64,000 nucleotides of DNA from Felis catus (lineage: Eukaryota): contig NC_058368.1 in NCBI RefSeq assembly GCF_018350175.1, forward strand, positions 225,186,001-225,250,000. Direction: 5' to 3'. Below the pieces are notes generated by a model. That model had not been told where the DNA came from. It saw only the letters and a list, made by a program, of their open reading frames with translations, and searched no databases. This document shows, piece by piece, positions 39,871-53,299 of this stretch (position 1 is the first letter of the stretch; each line of letters starts with the position of its first letter). The position numbers and the translations under genes were made by a program.

Positions 39871-40797
39871 TGTTAAAATTGTACTCTAGTTTGAAGTCGT
39901 GTCTTAATACACATCTTCATCCTTAATACATATCTTACTAGATGCAGGTCGGGCATGGGGGAGACCCAGAGATAGAATGGATTTCAAAAATCAATAAGGT
40001 TGACATGATAGACTCACATCTATGGGTGAGATTGGTCCCACAAACTGTTACATTTATCCCACACATTTCTAAATATTACATTAAGTGACACGTAACATTT
40101 CAGAAAGCTCCCATAAAAACCCAAAATGAGAGCTTCTTTTGAGAAAAATTCTGGAAACTCTGAGCCCGCGTTCTCTCACGGCAACCATCTACATGAGCTG
40201 AGGAGCAGACGACCCTCGAACAATTTGCCAGTCTCCACTTGGCCCTACACAGCTCTACAGACCCCTGAGTTTGCAACCTCCAGGTTCTCCATTCCTGAGT
40301 TTGGAATCTCTGGGCTAGAGGACAAAGCAGCGTTAGGGAGCAAGGAAAGGTGAGGGACAGGGCAGCAGCCATGTTGGGGGGGGCATTGAGAATGAGAGTC
40401 AAAAGTTCTGTATACCATACACAAACGTTGTGTGAGCACATGATTGCACAGTTTAGTATGACACCAGAATGTTCTGCCCAGTGTAAAAGACTGGTTGGGG
40501 CTTTGCCCTGACATCTGTAGACGTAAAGAACAAAAAAAGAGGGGAGGTAGGCACTCCTCATAACAACATAACCAAGGAAAACATCAAGTGTCTTGTGTGT
40601 AAAATGAAAAGAAACTGACCCATGAATGACCTTGAGCATAATTTAAGCTTTTCTTTATGATTTGGTCATCTTTATGCGCCTCGGACGCTGCGTACCATAG
40701 TGTAGGATGCTTTCACATGTTCTTGAGAAATATTGGCAGAGATGTTTTAGAGTCACTTTTAATTCTTCTGCTTTTATCACTTCAATATACTTCTTTT

Positions 40798-40961
40798 ACT
40801 TTTTTTATGGAGGTACAATTGACAGGCAACATTATGTTAGTTTCAGGCATACATCATAATGACTCAACATTTGTCTCTGTTGTGAAGTGATCACCACAAG
40901 ACGACTAGTTAACATCTGTCACCAGACATAACTACAGAATTTTTTTCTTGTGATGATAACT
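40798..40961 (-). mobile_element. L1 (L1_Carn/L1MA9-like) 3' end
   Basis: gaggtacaattgaca..attatgttagtttcagg..tgatcaccacaa..ctagttaacatctgtcacca. Confidence 0.75.
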
Positions 40962-40967
40962 GGCATA

Positions 40968-41177
40968 TTTTTTTAATTTTTTTACATTTTTTTTTGAGAG
41001 AGAGAGAGAGAGCACGCATGTGAGTGGGGGAGGGGAAGAGAGAAAAAGAGAATCTCAAGCAGGTTCCACACTCAGCACAAAGCCTTACACGGGGCTCAAT
41101 CCCACAAACCCTGAGATCATGACCTCAGCCGAAATCAAGAGTCAGATGCTTTACCGACTGAGCCACCCAGGTGCCCC
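40968..41177 (-). mobile_element. CanSINE
   Basis: T tail, AG tract, head ends gtgcccc. Confidence 0.93.
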
Positions 41178-41214
41178 ATACCTATATTTAATTGGGGAAA
41201 GAAAAGGAGTTCCC

Positions 41215-41432
41215 GGGGCGCCTGGGTGGCGCAGTCGGTTAAGCGTCCGACTTCAGCCAGGTCACGATCTCGCGGTCTGTGAGTTCGAGCCCCGCGTCGG
41301 GCTCTGGGCTGATGGCTCAGAGCCTGGAGCCTGTTTCTGATTCTGTGTCTCCCTCTCTCTCTGCCCCTCCCCCGTTCATGCTCTGTCTCTCTCTGTCCCA
41401 AAAATAAATAAACGTTGAAAAAAAAAAATTTA
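41215..41432 (+). mobile_element. Young SINEC_Fc
   Basis: Perfect 17-bp TSD aaagaaaaggagttccc. Confidence 0.97.
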
Positions 41433-42611
41433 AAAGAAAAGGAGTTCCCAACACCCTTGGTGCCAAGGGGGCACCAAAACAAACCAAAACAAAAAGCAAA
41501 CTGTCACTGCTGGTAATGTGCATAAGCGTGGCCACCGAAGAGCTTCACTTCGTCACTGTTTATGATTTTAGCTCCAAATATCTACTCACACAGGATGTTT
41601 CCCCCAGTTTACGAGTGATCCAAGATACACGTATTTTTCTCAATAGCTAGAGAATTCATAATAAAAGCAACTTCGGAAGGTCCAATCTTATCTCCATTCT
41701 TAGTTCTATCCTGGTGTTACGGAAAAAATGTAAGTTGGTTCTTCCAGAAACGACCATTAATATAGCAATAATTCTCACACTCTGTGATCTCAGGAGAACA
41801 GAAAGTGATGGTAACAATGTCACTCTTCTTACACTGCACTGATGTCAACCGCCCCTTTCATACGGTCACTGATGCTACATGATTACTGCCCATTTCTTTA
41901 GCGTGTCCACCTACCTCTCTGCACCTATACACCTGTAACATACATACACAGACATGCTCACCGCTGTCGGTCACGTGTTTGCCCACATGTAAACTGAATC
42001 TAAATTCGAAGTCAGACTCTGCAATGTCTCAGCCCAATTTTTCTTTTCTTTTTCTATCCCTAATAGGTGAGACGTATCAACTTCACCCTGATCTGAACTC
42101 ATTATCTATAAACGACAGCCCCTCCCAAACCACATTCATACTTCTCTAGGAACGCTGCCCTTTTAGAGGTCTGATTAACTAGACAAACAGGAACTCCGGC
42201 CATATTTCCAACATGAAAAATAGCCGTTTGTTTGAAATTATGTGTTTTTTCCTTCCTACTGAAAACTGGATATAATTTATGATGACCAAGGCATAATCCC
42301 TCAAGGCAATAATTGAGAAACGTTTTTCTTATTCTGAAAAACCTCACTCTGAAATTTCCTCTTTTGAAAAACCTAGCCATCTTGAACACAGATATGCATG
42401 CAGAAGTAAGCCAGGCATTATTGTGGAAAAATCCGGATTATTAAATCAGAAAGTATTCCCGACTTTGTATTCATGGAGCCAGCTGCTTGCTGAGAACTCG
42501 CCACGCGTGTTTCTGCCCAGCAGTCATTGCTTCGCCCTTGCAATAATGCACACAAGAGAAAAAAATCACTCTCGAATAAAATGGCAATCAGTCAAGAACA
42601 AGTAAGGCTTT

Positions 42612-42837
42612 GGGGCGCCTGGGTGGCGCAGTTGGTTAAGCGTCCGACTTCAGCCAGGTCACGATCTCGCGGTCCGTGAGTTCGAGCCCCGCGTCGGGCT
42701 CTGGGCTGATGGCTCAGAGCCTGGAGCCTGTTTCCGATTCTGTGTCTCCCTCTCTCTCTGCCCCTCCCCCGTTCATGCTCTGTCTCTCTCTGTCCCAAAA
42801 ATAAATAAACGTTGAAAAAAAAAATTAAAAAAAAAAA
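42612..42837 (+). mobile_element. Young SINEC_Fc
   Basis: Perfect 18-bp TSD aagaacaagtaaggcttt. Confidence 0.97.
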
Positions 42838-42967
42838 AAGAACAAGTAAGGCTTTAAGACAGATTTGAACTAAAGACACTAGACGTAAATCCACAAAAAG
42901 CCAACAATATCGAAATATGTGGATGCTGCCAAACGCCCGTTTGAGACTGAGATTTCTCTTCAGTAAA

Positions 42968-43005
<38 letters not shown>
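42968..43005 (+). repeat. (AAT)n microsatellite
   Basis: Direct read. Confidence 0.95.
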
Positions 43006-43008
<3 letters not shown>

Positions 43009-43019
43009 GCGGGTATGGA

Positions 43020-43230
43020 AGCAGCAATTATGAAGGACCTGGCACTATTAACCCCATTAATCCCCACAGGAACGTCCCAGGGCAGATGCTATTATCCCCA
43101 TTTTACAGATGAGGTCAAGGGTAAGTAACTCAACCAGGATTATCAACAGTCAGCGTCAGAACAGCACCTCGAACCTGACAAGTGAAACCCCGGGGTCTGT
43201 CACCCGCCCCCCACACATCTGCTTTCACAA
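43020..43230 (-). mobile_element. MIR
   Basis: Core attatccccattttacagatgagg. Confidence 0.7.
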
Positions 43231-43342
43231 GCAAGAGAAGTGAATCTTGTCTTTTCACCCGATGGCATGGCTTTTTGGAAGGACTTGGCAATATTAAACT
43301 ATGGGAGGCATGTAGTACCTTTCTTAAAAACACTTCCGGTCT

Positions 43343-43563
43343 GGGGGCGCCTGGGTGGCTCAGTCGGTTAAGTGTCCGACTTCAGCTCAGGTCACGATCT
43401 CGCGGTCCGTGAGTTCGAGCCCCGCGTCGGGCTCTGGGCTGATGGCTCGGAGCCTGGAGCCTGCTTCCGATTCTGTGTCTCCCTCTCTCTCTGCCCCTCC
43501 CCCGTTCATGCTGTGTCTCTCTCTGTCTCAAAAATAAATAAACGTTTAAAAAAAAGATTAAAA
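43343..43563 (+). mobile_element. SINEC_Fc
   Basis: Perfect 17-bp TSD aaaaacacttccggtct. Confidence 0.97.
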
Positions 43564-43916
43564 AAAAACACTTCCGGTCTTATGTCCATGGCTTCAGATT
43601 TTGTGTTCAGGCAAGCTTTCCTCCTCTGGTATATAAGCACGTGAGCTGAGTATCTAGGACAGGCCTTATCATCAGGCAAAAAGGACAGTCTTCCCTTCGG
43701 TGGGATGCAGGAGGTCCACTTTCCAAAAATATCTCTCCCGGCTACTGATCACACTGCCTAAAACTGCATCCCCGGAAAATGTGTGGAAATGGCCACACAG
43801 TGACAGTGTAATGTGAGCGTGTCTTCAACGTATTTCCTTCCATCCCAGTGATTCTGTAGCCAAGGGCTTCGGGGGGATGATGGGACGCCGTTGCGGCAAT
43901 GACAGGTCATGGGTGG

Positions 43917-44384
43917 TGTTTCAATCGCCACCCCCTCCCCCCCTGGTAAGGGGGGAATTTCCATCCCAGAGTGATGCAGGGGGCCAAGCGCATGACGCAC
44001 AGCACTGAACAGATGACATCCACAGTATTAGTCGCGCATGCAAGCAGCCCCGGGGAAGGAGGGCATCTCCCATGCTGGGCACACAGGAGTTGCTCCTGGG
44101 AGCAGAGTGAACACGCAGAGGCTGTGGGAGGCTGGTTTTGTAGTAACAAGGGGGTGAGGTGGCTCTCCCTCCTCCCCCTGTAACAGGATGTGATGGGCTT
44201 ATTTGAATATATCCGTGGACTGGCGGGGAACAGAAGCCTGCCACGCAGACAAGCAGGGCCACGATAATGGCACTGGCTGGCCCGTGCGCCTTGTCCACGG
44301 GAACGGAGAGGGGAGGGAAACATGCTGTCGGGCGCTTCCAGACACTCCCAATTTCCCCCAGATGTGGAGGCAACACATAATACT
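43917..44384 (-). mobile_element. ERVL solo LTR (MER54/MER74/MER88-like)
   Basis: tgtttcaatcgcc..gggaatttccatccc..catgacgcacagcactgaacagatga resembles the reverse complement of the recalled LTR 3' end of this group. Confidence 0.5.
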
Positions 44385-46052
44385 GACCTTGATTTTAAAC
44401 TTTACACCCCAGATGGACAAGTAGGGAGGGCGATGGAAGAAGGAGAAAAAGTGGAGAGTTTAGGGCCTTGAAATGGCAAGACCAGGTGATTTGAAGAGTG
44501 GGCTGGAGGCAAACCTTAGGGAAGACCTCTCACTGGCTTTCCATTTGGACAGTGAAATAAAGTTTCCGTTTTAAACAAATATTTCCCGGCAGAAATACAT
44601 AAATCAGTGAGCAAATCTGAGGAAAACATGGAGTCAACAAGTCCAGGTGTCCTATGAACGCGGCAAAATGATGACGTTTATATGTGAGTGACTGAAAGAA
44701 CACTTTGAATCAGAGACGTTTTCAATCCATGTGTGTATGCAAACATGTACATTTATTGCATCCGTGTATATCCTGATCAATCTCAAATCTCCTGAAGTCC
44801 GACAGAATAGCCTTTTTTTTTTTTTAACTGAAAATACCTTACAATGTCTGTTCTTTATTTTTTGTGGGCTACGCTGTTAATTCACAAAGATAGTACCAAG
44901 ATCAAATCTCTGTTTCACAAAAGAATGCTTTTCCCTGAGAATTAGCATAGTAGATGATCAAACTAGTAGATGATCATAGTAGATGATCAAACGTGACTCT
45001 ACGGTCACGTCTAGAAATGTAATAGGCTTTATTCCTCACGGTAAGGGGAAGTCTGTGGCTCAGGAGTCTGAGGCCCCGTCCAGAGATTAAAGAGCTCTTC
45101 CCCCAAAACTTTCTGTAACCCCTTCCTCTCGAGATTTCGGCCCCTCGTTCTTCTATTGGGTGACACCATCATCACACGATTAGAAACATCCAGATAATCC
45201 CGCCTTGGCGCCCACATTTCATCTCGGGACTTTGTCGGGTAAAGCCAGATGCACGGTGGTGAAAAGATTAGTCTGGATCAAGGGGGCCCAGCAACAGGCT
45301 TGCCCCTTACTGTGAGGAACGCCCAGACTCTTGCCCAAGAGAGAGCCGAGACTGGCAACGAAACCCAGCGTTCAGAGAATTTGGCAAATTTCAACCAGTC
45401 TAGACAAGTAGGCAGTGTTAAGATGTATAGGATGGAATAAAAATAACAGGGACTTCTGTACAGGTACGAGGGGCAGGGGAATCTAGATAACCAGCGAAAT
45501 TCAGAAATTCTACAGACAGCCTCTGCGGAGATTTTAGGAAGCTGGTGTCGGCTGCTGGCTGAGATCGTGCCCCTGGCACTGGACTCAACCACAGGACTCC
45601 CAGTCTGCGAGAGGACCGCCAAGATCTAGGTAGAGTCTCAATTCTGGAGAAGCACGGCTTAAGAGGGCATAGGTTCTGGAATATGCTGCTGATCCTCTAC
45701 CCCAGTGGGTCCATGGGGGAACTCGGCCTCAGGACCAAGGCCACAGAGCAATTATTAACCTCAGTGTTGAGCTAAGGCTTCCTAAGCCCCCAGAGGGGAC
45801 TGAGGTCAGGAAATAGCCCTCTATCCTGGAGGCAAATACGAATCTTAACGTGGAAGTGAAGCAATACTGTTGAACATTTCGCAATTTAAGCCTAGAAATC
45901 ATTCAGATGTAGACAACAAAGCACAAAGCCTAGGAATATTTTTCTAAGTATCAGACTGGAAGAAATCAGATACATGCCTATGACATATATTTTCAGAGAT
46001 AGATGCTCTCCAACTGCAGAGAATAATGCTAATTATTTGAAGTCCTGTAAGA

Positions 46053-46218
46053 CCTCGCTACTCAATGTGTGGAGCAAAGGCCAGCAGCATGGATGTCTCT
46101 TGGAATCTTTTTAGAAAATGCAGTGCCTTTGCCCCAGTCCAGACCTACTGAATCAGAATATGCAATTTAACAAGAGCTCCAGGCAAATCATTTGCATATG
46201 AGGTTTGGGAAATATTCT
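46053..46218. mobile_element. MER5A/B-like hAT MITE
   Basis: ctactcaatgtgtgg..ccagcagcat..ccagacctactgaatcagaat..tttaacaag. Confidence 0.75.
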
Positions 46219-46269
46219 GAGATATAGACTAGTGTGTTTCTCTTTTCAGCGTCCGATAACGAAAATTTA

Positions 46270-46478
46270 GGGGCACCTGGATGGCTCGATCTGTTGAGTG
46301 TCTGAGTCTTGATTTCAGCTCAGGTCATGATACCAGGGTTGTGGGATCAAGCCCCCAGTTGGGCTCTGCACTGAGCCCGAAGCCTGTTTAAGATTTCTCT
46401 CTCTCCCTCTACCCCTCCCTTGCTTTCACGCATGCACATGCCCTCTCTCCCTCTAAAATGAACTAAAAACAAATAATA
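46270..46478 (+). mobile_element. Older CanSINE
   Basis: Head ggggcacctggatggctc; TSD ataaYgaaMatttag. Confidence 0.9.
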
Positions 46479-46815
46479 ATAATGAACATTTAGAAAATTA
46501 CATTTCTTAGGCAGAAAATTCTCCATCAGAGTTACTGCAAGTTATCCTTAAATATACTTGTTAATTGGTGAAGTTAAATATGCTAAGAAACCACATCCTA
46601 TCTCCACCCTCCACCTCTACCATTTCAAAAAGGCAAAAAGTGTTTTATACTCAGCAAACCTATTATCAGAGACCCAAGGAATGGTACATGTTGCAAGAGT
46701 GCATGTGTTCCCACATGTTCAGGAAACCCCCAGAAGGTCTGGGCAGAAGTTGAAAGCTTGAGCATCTATGGCAAATGCATATATGGCCGTGTGTTTTGCT
46801 ACATAAGTCACAAAG

Positions 46816-47037
46816 TTTATTTATTATTTATTATTTATTTATTGTGAGAGAGAGAGAGAGAGAGAGAAAGCACGAGTAGGGGAGGGGCAGAGAGGGATGG
46901 AGAGAGAGAATCCCAAGCAGACTCTGTGCTGTCAGTGCAGAGCCTGACACAGGGCTCAATCTCATGAACCGTGAGCTCACGACCTGAGTCGAAATCAAGA
47001 GTCAGACGCTTAACCAACTGAACCACCCAGGCACTCC
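46816..47037 (-). mobile_element. CanSINE
   Basis: T-rich tail, AG tract, head. Confidence 0.93.
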
Positions 47038-49564
47038 AAAGATCTTTGATTTCTGACCTTGTCTACTGACTGAGAGCTCAGGTGGGTTATCAGCTTCTTC
47101 CTCATTTGATCTGCTAGTTCTCAGTTGGGATGCTCTTTTCTGGCCCCTGTCAGTTTTCGGGCATCTGCCCTATCTACAACTGTGCCCTCAGGACCCTGGC
47201 CTTCCCACATCCTCAGCGATAACGCAAGACTCTCTTCTAACACTTCCATAAATTCAAATTGTCTCCAGGAACAAGGCAGATATAAAAAAGGAGCTCAATT
47301 TCAAATTACCGTTAGGCTCCACTCATCAAAACTGTGACTCATAAGCAACATTTTGGCCTCCTCTTGCCTTTGAAAGTGGTGATGGGTTAGAGCCGGCATG
47401 AAATCTCTCATGAGCATGAATTTGCTCTTGCTTTAGAGAATCAGGAGATGGAAAAAATTGGAAGAATTTGATTCGAGTACCAGGAGGCCCTTGTATGAGT
47501 GAACCTGAGCCATGGAGTATGGATGGTTAGGCAGCCAACAAAGTGGTGGGCTTTAAAACAAAGTAACCAAGATTTCATCTAGCAACTGAAAGTTATAGAC
47601 CACTGATCTAGATGTTTCCTTGAAGACCGCTATTATAAGACAATATCAGTCAAGCTAAGTAACAAGACCAGCCAGAATTTTTCCTTAAAACCAGATGCCA
47701 GGTTAAATGAAGCAACTACCAACATGAGTGTTTTGTTACATGAAATAATCTATGTACTTTACAACCGTATACAGGTTGTTTTCACCGTATTAAAAAATTT
47801 GATCGTTGAACACGCTGGAGTAGAATAGCAGGGTTTTTTAGAATGCAACATAAGTGAAGCATCTTTTGGTATGACTTAGGTAAATGAAGAATAGTAAGGA
47901 TTTGTTTTCTAATTATGTCTAATTATGTCTAATTATTGACATATAATGGAGACATAGGTATTTGCTCAGGTATAGCATGCTAGTGCCTGCTATAACTGAT
48001 GGCAATTATGAACACATTTTTTTCCATTAAGGAAAAAAAGATAACATGGTTCATGAAAAGAAGGTCTCTAAGAGAATCATGTGTGTTTCCACTGGAAGTT
48101 TACTAAACCACTATGCACATCATAAAAAAAAAAAAGATAATATTTATGTTACTTTACTGTAGGGGCTTTGCCAGAGTAAGCTTACTCTCGACTTAATAAC
48201 TTTAAGGTATTAACTTTAACTTAGTAACGTTAATGGGCTGATCGTAGACTTGGTATGTAAACTCCTAGTGCCTTGTTTTAACAAATGATAAAGCTATCCA
48301 ATAATTATTAGTTGTCTTTAGAGAGACCTAGAGAATTAGGTAAGAAGACACCAGCTCCTCTAACCAGCCTATAGCAGCTCACTCAACAACCTCCTATGAA
48401 GAAAAAGGCTGAAACTCAGATTCTGAAACAGATGTCAAAGTTCCAGAACTCACGAAGAAACCAACAATCAATTGCTTGGTCCAAAGAATATTAAGCAAAT
48501 AAAGGCCTTTCTTTTTGCTTTTGTTTTCTCCAAATGTAAACGGAAAACCAGTATTTTTGGCGAGATCGCTCTGAGGACATCGGTTCAATTACTACCCGAT
48601 CCCATGTGAAGACTATTGGGGACCCACTGGAATCTGTTCGGAGATAGGGAGCTTAGTGATTCAGTTCCACTGAGCATCTCCATAAAATAATAACGCTTGG
48701 CTTGAATCTGTGATTCGCAGATGTTTTTCATCTATAATATTTGAATTAGGACAAGCATTTACATCCTTCCTTTTCCAAATGCGATTTACATTTTAAATTC
48801 GTTAATAAGATAATAAATTACATTGCTACCAAATACAGGGTTGGCCATATTAATTGAGAGAGTCAAAACTAGCCAGGCATGACACCGTTTCAGTGGTTCC
48901 AGGACGATCTTCCCTACTAATACTATCCTGCCCACCCAAAGTCACCTGACTCTCCCCCTAATAACTATTTCTCCTCTGCCTGACCATTTATCTGAAATGG
49001 GACAATTGAGAGTCATTTTTACTTAAAAACTCCGTCTCATTTTAAAAGGCAAATAGGTCTGAGAGAGGACGTTCGAAGTCATATCATGTAAATCATTTAC
49101 ATCTCGACAAATATTCTTAAGATGCTTACTAAGTGTGAGGCAACATTCAAAGCACTAGAGACAAGGAAAGGGGAAGGAATGTCCCTGCCCTCAAGTTACT
49201 CAGTCTAGTGGGGAAGAATCACATGCCCGTGAGTCAATGTAATGTAAGTTGATGTTGGCTATGAAGGAGCTGTCTGCCAGAAACAAAGGGACCTCATGAG
49301 TTGTTACACTCCAGTCTTCTTGAGTCAGAAATGCTTCAGAATGACTGACAGCTGGAGAATAAGTAGAAACCTACAGACACCGAGTGATAGGGGGTGGTGA
49401 AGGCAAGAAACACACGGAGGCAGGGACTGTGAAGGCACAGAAATCTATGCACATCTAAGGACAGAGCGGTGAAAACAGGTGAATTTAAAGAAGTCCAGTA
49501 AACCTGGAGTTTGGGGAACATTTTGAGAAATAGGAAGAGACATAATGGCACATTTTCTTTGATC

Positions 49565-49790
49565 CCTTACTAGGTTCCAGGTCCTGTGCTTTAGATCCGT
49601 TATGTCACTTGATCTCGGTGACAACCCCACGAGTTAGGTGATGTTATTATTTCCATTTTACAGATAAGGAGAATATAGCACTGAGAAGTTAAGTAGCTTG
49701 CCCAAGGTCGCTGTGCTCATAAAGTCTCAGAGGTCGCTGAGCTCATAAAGTCTCAGAGACAAGCTTCAAACCTGGGGGTCTTCTAAATGT
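49565..49790 (-). mobile_element. MIR
   Basis: Core ttccattttacagataagga..gttaagtagcttgcccaaggtc. Confidence 0.75.
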
Positions 49791-51536
49791 AGGTTCAAAC
49801 CCATCTTCTAAATGTAGGTTGCAAGAGAGGGAGGGTCGAGAAGCATAAAGTCATCGGAGGTCTTCAGAGAGATTGCAGGTGATCAGAACAGTGTGCCGAG
49901 CCCAGGTGCAAAGAAGTTCACCCACCTGTGCTTTATTTGAAGTCTAACCTACAAGGTCGAGTCAAAGTGAGGGATAACTTAGAGAAAATGAAGCGCTTCC
50001 TCCTTTCTGCTCATTTGGGGAGCATCTACTTCCAAAAAGGCACCACCCAGAGCTATTCAGGAGCAGAGTTAATCGCCTCCCTACCCATGGCTTGGAAGGA
50101 CTTCACCCCACGTCTTATGAAACAAAACCTATGGCCATTAGGGCCAGAACTCACTGTCCTTAAAGGGAATGGTAGAACCTAATCACTATCTCACATCTCC
50201 GGTCATCAGTCAACACCCAACTGTCAGCTATCATGGGCCCTCTCTTGCTTCAACACCATCACTCTCACAATGCATTCTGCTTCCTTGCCCCAGATTTTGC
50301 TTGCCTTCCCCCCCACCTCCCAAACTCTGCCGTTACATGCCCTGGAATCACAGCATCATAGCAAGAAAATTCCTTTTTACTCTCACCCCTCGTCTTGGGG
50401 CACCCCTTCCATGTCCTTGCCTTAACTGAAGCATCTGAGCACATGATATGGTATATCCATAGAATGAATGTGAAGACCAAAGCAGACTTAATCCATAACA
50501 GATGCTTTTGCTTCCAAAGATGAATTGATCATAAAAATCAAGGGAAGGGGAAGGATGAAACTGCCCCAATTTTGACTGCCCCTTGTTCCAGAGAGAAATG
50601 CAAATCCTCGTGGTACATCCATTCAATGAGCACTTATGTACTAGGCACGGCACTAAACATGACCTTCAACTCTCACCACAAGCCCCTGAGACAGGAATAT
50701 TCTCTGGGTCTCAGATGACCATTCCGAGACTCCAAAAAGTTAAATTTGTCCCCAGGTCACAGAGCCACCTGAGTATAGGGTTGGGACTCCAATGACTTCA
50801 CCTGCCATGTCTTCCTGTTGCATTTTGCTGCATAGTTTAGGTAGGACCATCAGGCCAGAGCTTAAGACCCTAGCCTTTTTAAGGAATAGAAGTATATCAC
50901 GGATGTTCATGGAGTACATCACGAGCCAGTTTTTTCTAGGTCTTATTGAAAATAGTCACACCAACTCCATTGTTGTTTATTATTTCCTTTTTTTTTTCCC
51001 CAAGGAGGTAAGTAAGCCTCGTGATGTCAAGGGCGTTACTCAAGATGAGAGTATAATCCACAAACCCCAGACTTTAACCCAGTGTCTTTACAATCGTGTG
51101 ACAATTACACTATCAAAGCGAAGCCCCAAAGAAGGGCTTTACAAAACTCTCCCTGTCCTTCCACCTTCCATCAGAACTGCTGAATCAAAGTCATGGCTGG
51201 CGGCCTGGGATGTTTGTATTTCAACATCCAAGAAGATATTACGTAGCCAGGTTGTATGGCATTCAGGAGCCACAGCCCTGCCCTCCGGGTCGGAGTTTCT
51301 GGTGGAGAGACATTCAAGATGCTCCTTTAATAAGCATTCGACATCAAAAACTATTTCGAATTATCTTGGATCCTGAACATCGCCTCCTATCCTTCCCGGA
51401 TCCAGATAAATGGAGGCGGGGAGGAGACGGGTAAAAGACAGGTAAGTTCCAAGTAAACTATCTGTCTTCCTGAACACATGGATAAGAAGGGTTATGCAGA
51501 GTCAGAAGGAAGTGTATTTAAGAACTACACACTTAA

Positions 51537-51617
51537 AGGAAGGTGGAGGGGGACAAAATGGGTGAAGGGGAGTAAGAGGTACAGGCTTCCCGTTTGGGAA
51601 TGAATGAAGCACAAAAG
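51537..51617 (+). mobile_element. 81-bp L1 3'UTR fragment with TSD
   Basis: aaaatgggtgaaggggagtaagaggtacaggcttcc.gtttgggaatgaat; TSD agaactacacaYttaa 51521-51536 / 51618-51633. Confidence 0.75.
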
Positions 51618-52736
51618 AGAACTACACATTTAAGATGTACGTAATTTTTATAGTTCTGGTCCAGTATGAGCATTTACGTCAAGGGAAGGAAATAAGGAGG
51701 GAAAGAGGCAGGGAAGGAGCGAGGGAGGGAAGACGGGGACATCATCACTTTAGAATTTAATTCGTTGGGCAAAAAAAAAAAAAAAGGCAGAAAACTTGAC
51801 AGGAAAGACAAAATGCGGAGGAAACAGAATAAGGAAGAGAGGAAACAAAAGAGGCAAAGTCATAATGAGGTTCGGACTAGCATCTGAAATGTAACCAGCT
51901 CTTTTTCTGATGTATTCTAATTAGCTTGTCTTCGACTTGCGTTATTTGGGGTTTTGTTGCTTTTACGGGTGTGTGTTTTATTTTGAAGGCAGAGGCTTTG
52001 CTCTGAATGTCAAGGCAATTTCAGCTCCTGCAGGAGAAGGCAGCTGAATAGGTAGCAAGCAAAATATAGTCTCCATTATACTCAGCTGAAAAAAAAAAAA
52101 AAAAAAAAAAAAAAGGAAAAGGAAAAGAAAGAAAGAAAAAGAACCCTCCGGGGAATTTGCATACTAGTCAGACTTTGGTGGCTGCGGTGGGTGGTTCCGG
52201 CTGAGAGGCAGCTCTATTCTTAGATGTCTGAGCAGGAGGATGGAACTCGGTCACTGCTGCTATAGGACCTTTAGTTCTTTTAATGGGGTACACCTGTCAG
52301 GTCAAATTTCCCCAAATTGCGTAAAAGACGATTGTAATCAGATCTGTCATCCTGTTTTTTTATGGTGAATCTCAAAACAGGGCTGTTTCTGTCGGTAAAG
52401 TACTAAAGCTGTGGCCTTTCCCTTTTCTTAAGGAGTGTCTTTTGTGTTTTTTTTTAAGAAGGAAGAATTTTTTTTTTTTATTTTCCTCCCCATTCTTTTT
52501 GCCAATAAAAGTTTATTACAAGTGAATATATTTTCCTCAAGGTAAATAAATAAATAAATAAATGCCTTTTTCCTTTCAGTAACAACATGATGGGGCTGGC
52601 TTTCCGGTTGTGTGACCCTTAAATACAATCTAAGCAACATGAAGGATTAATTTATTCTGTCCTAAGGCAAGTCTTTGGTGCCTATTCCAGCACATTTTGT
52701 ACTTCGATACATTTGTAGCTTAAAAGCCCCCAAAGA

Positions 52737-52956
52737 GGGGCGCCTGGGTGGCCCAGGCGGTTGAGCATCCGACTTCGGCTCAGGTCATGATCTCACAGTC
52801 TGGGGGTTCGAGCCCCGCATCGGGCTCTGTGCTGACAGCTTGCTCGGAGCCTGCAGCCTGCTTCAGATTCTGTGTCTCCTTCTCGCTCTCTGCCCCTCCC
52901 CCGCTCATGCTCTGTCTCTCAAAAATAAATAAATGTTAAAAAAATTAAAAAAAAAA
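52737..52956 (+). mobile_element. CanSINE
   Basis: TSD aaaagcccMaaaga-like. Confidence 0.95.
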
Positions 52957-53084
52957 AAAAGCCCAAAAGACAGTGAGGCTTCCAATAATAAGCCTTTCCT
53001 ACCAGGGATGGGAGCTCAGTCTTTAAAAATTTTTTTAAAAATTTATCAGAATATTTATGTAAGTGTTATAAAATAGATTTCTTT

Positions 53085-53299
53085 AGTTTTAAATTCTTTT
53101 AATGTTTGTTTATTTATTTTTGAGAGACACAGAGCACAAGTGGGGGAGGGACCGAGAGAGAGGGGGACAGAATCCAAAGCAAGCTCCAGGCTCTGAGCTG
53201 GCAGCACAGAGCCCAACACACGGTTCGAACCCATGAACTGTGAGATCATGACTTGAGCCGAAATCAGATGCTCAACTGACTGAGCCACCCGGGCTCCCC
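53085..53299 (-). mobile_element. CanSINE
   Basis: TSD aaaatagatttcttt. Confidence 0.95.

Noticed and set aside
40100..40639. 179-aa minus-strand ORF
   Set aside because: No recognisable family and no supporting exon structure.
50792..51376. 194-aa ORF
   Set aside because: No recognisable homology or domain, starts in MIR-like sequence, and its composition looks non-coding.
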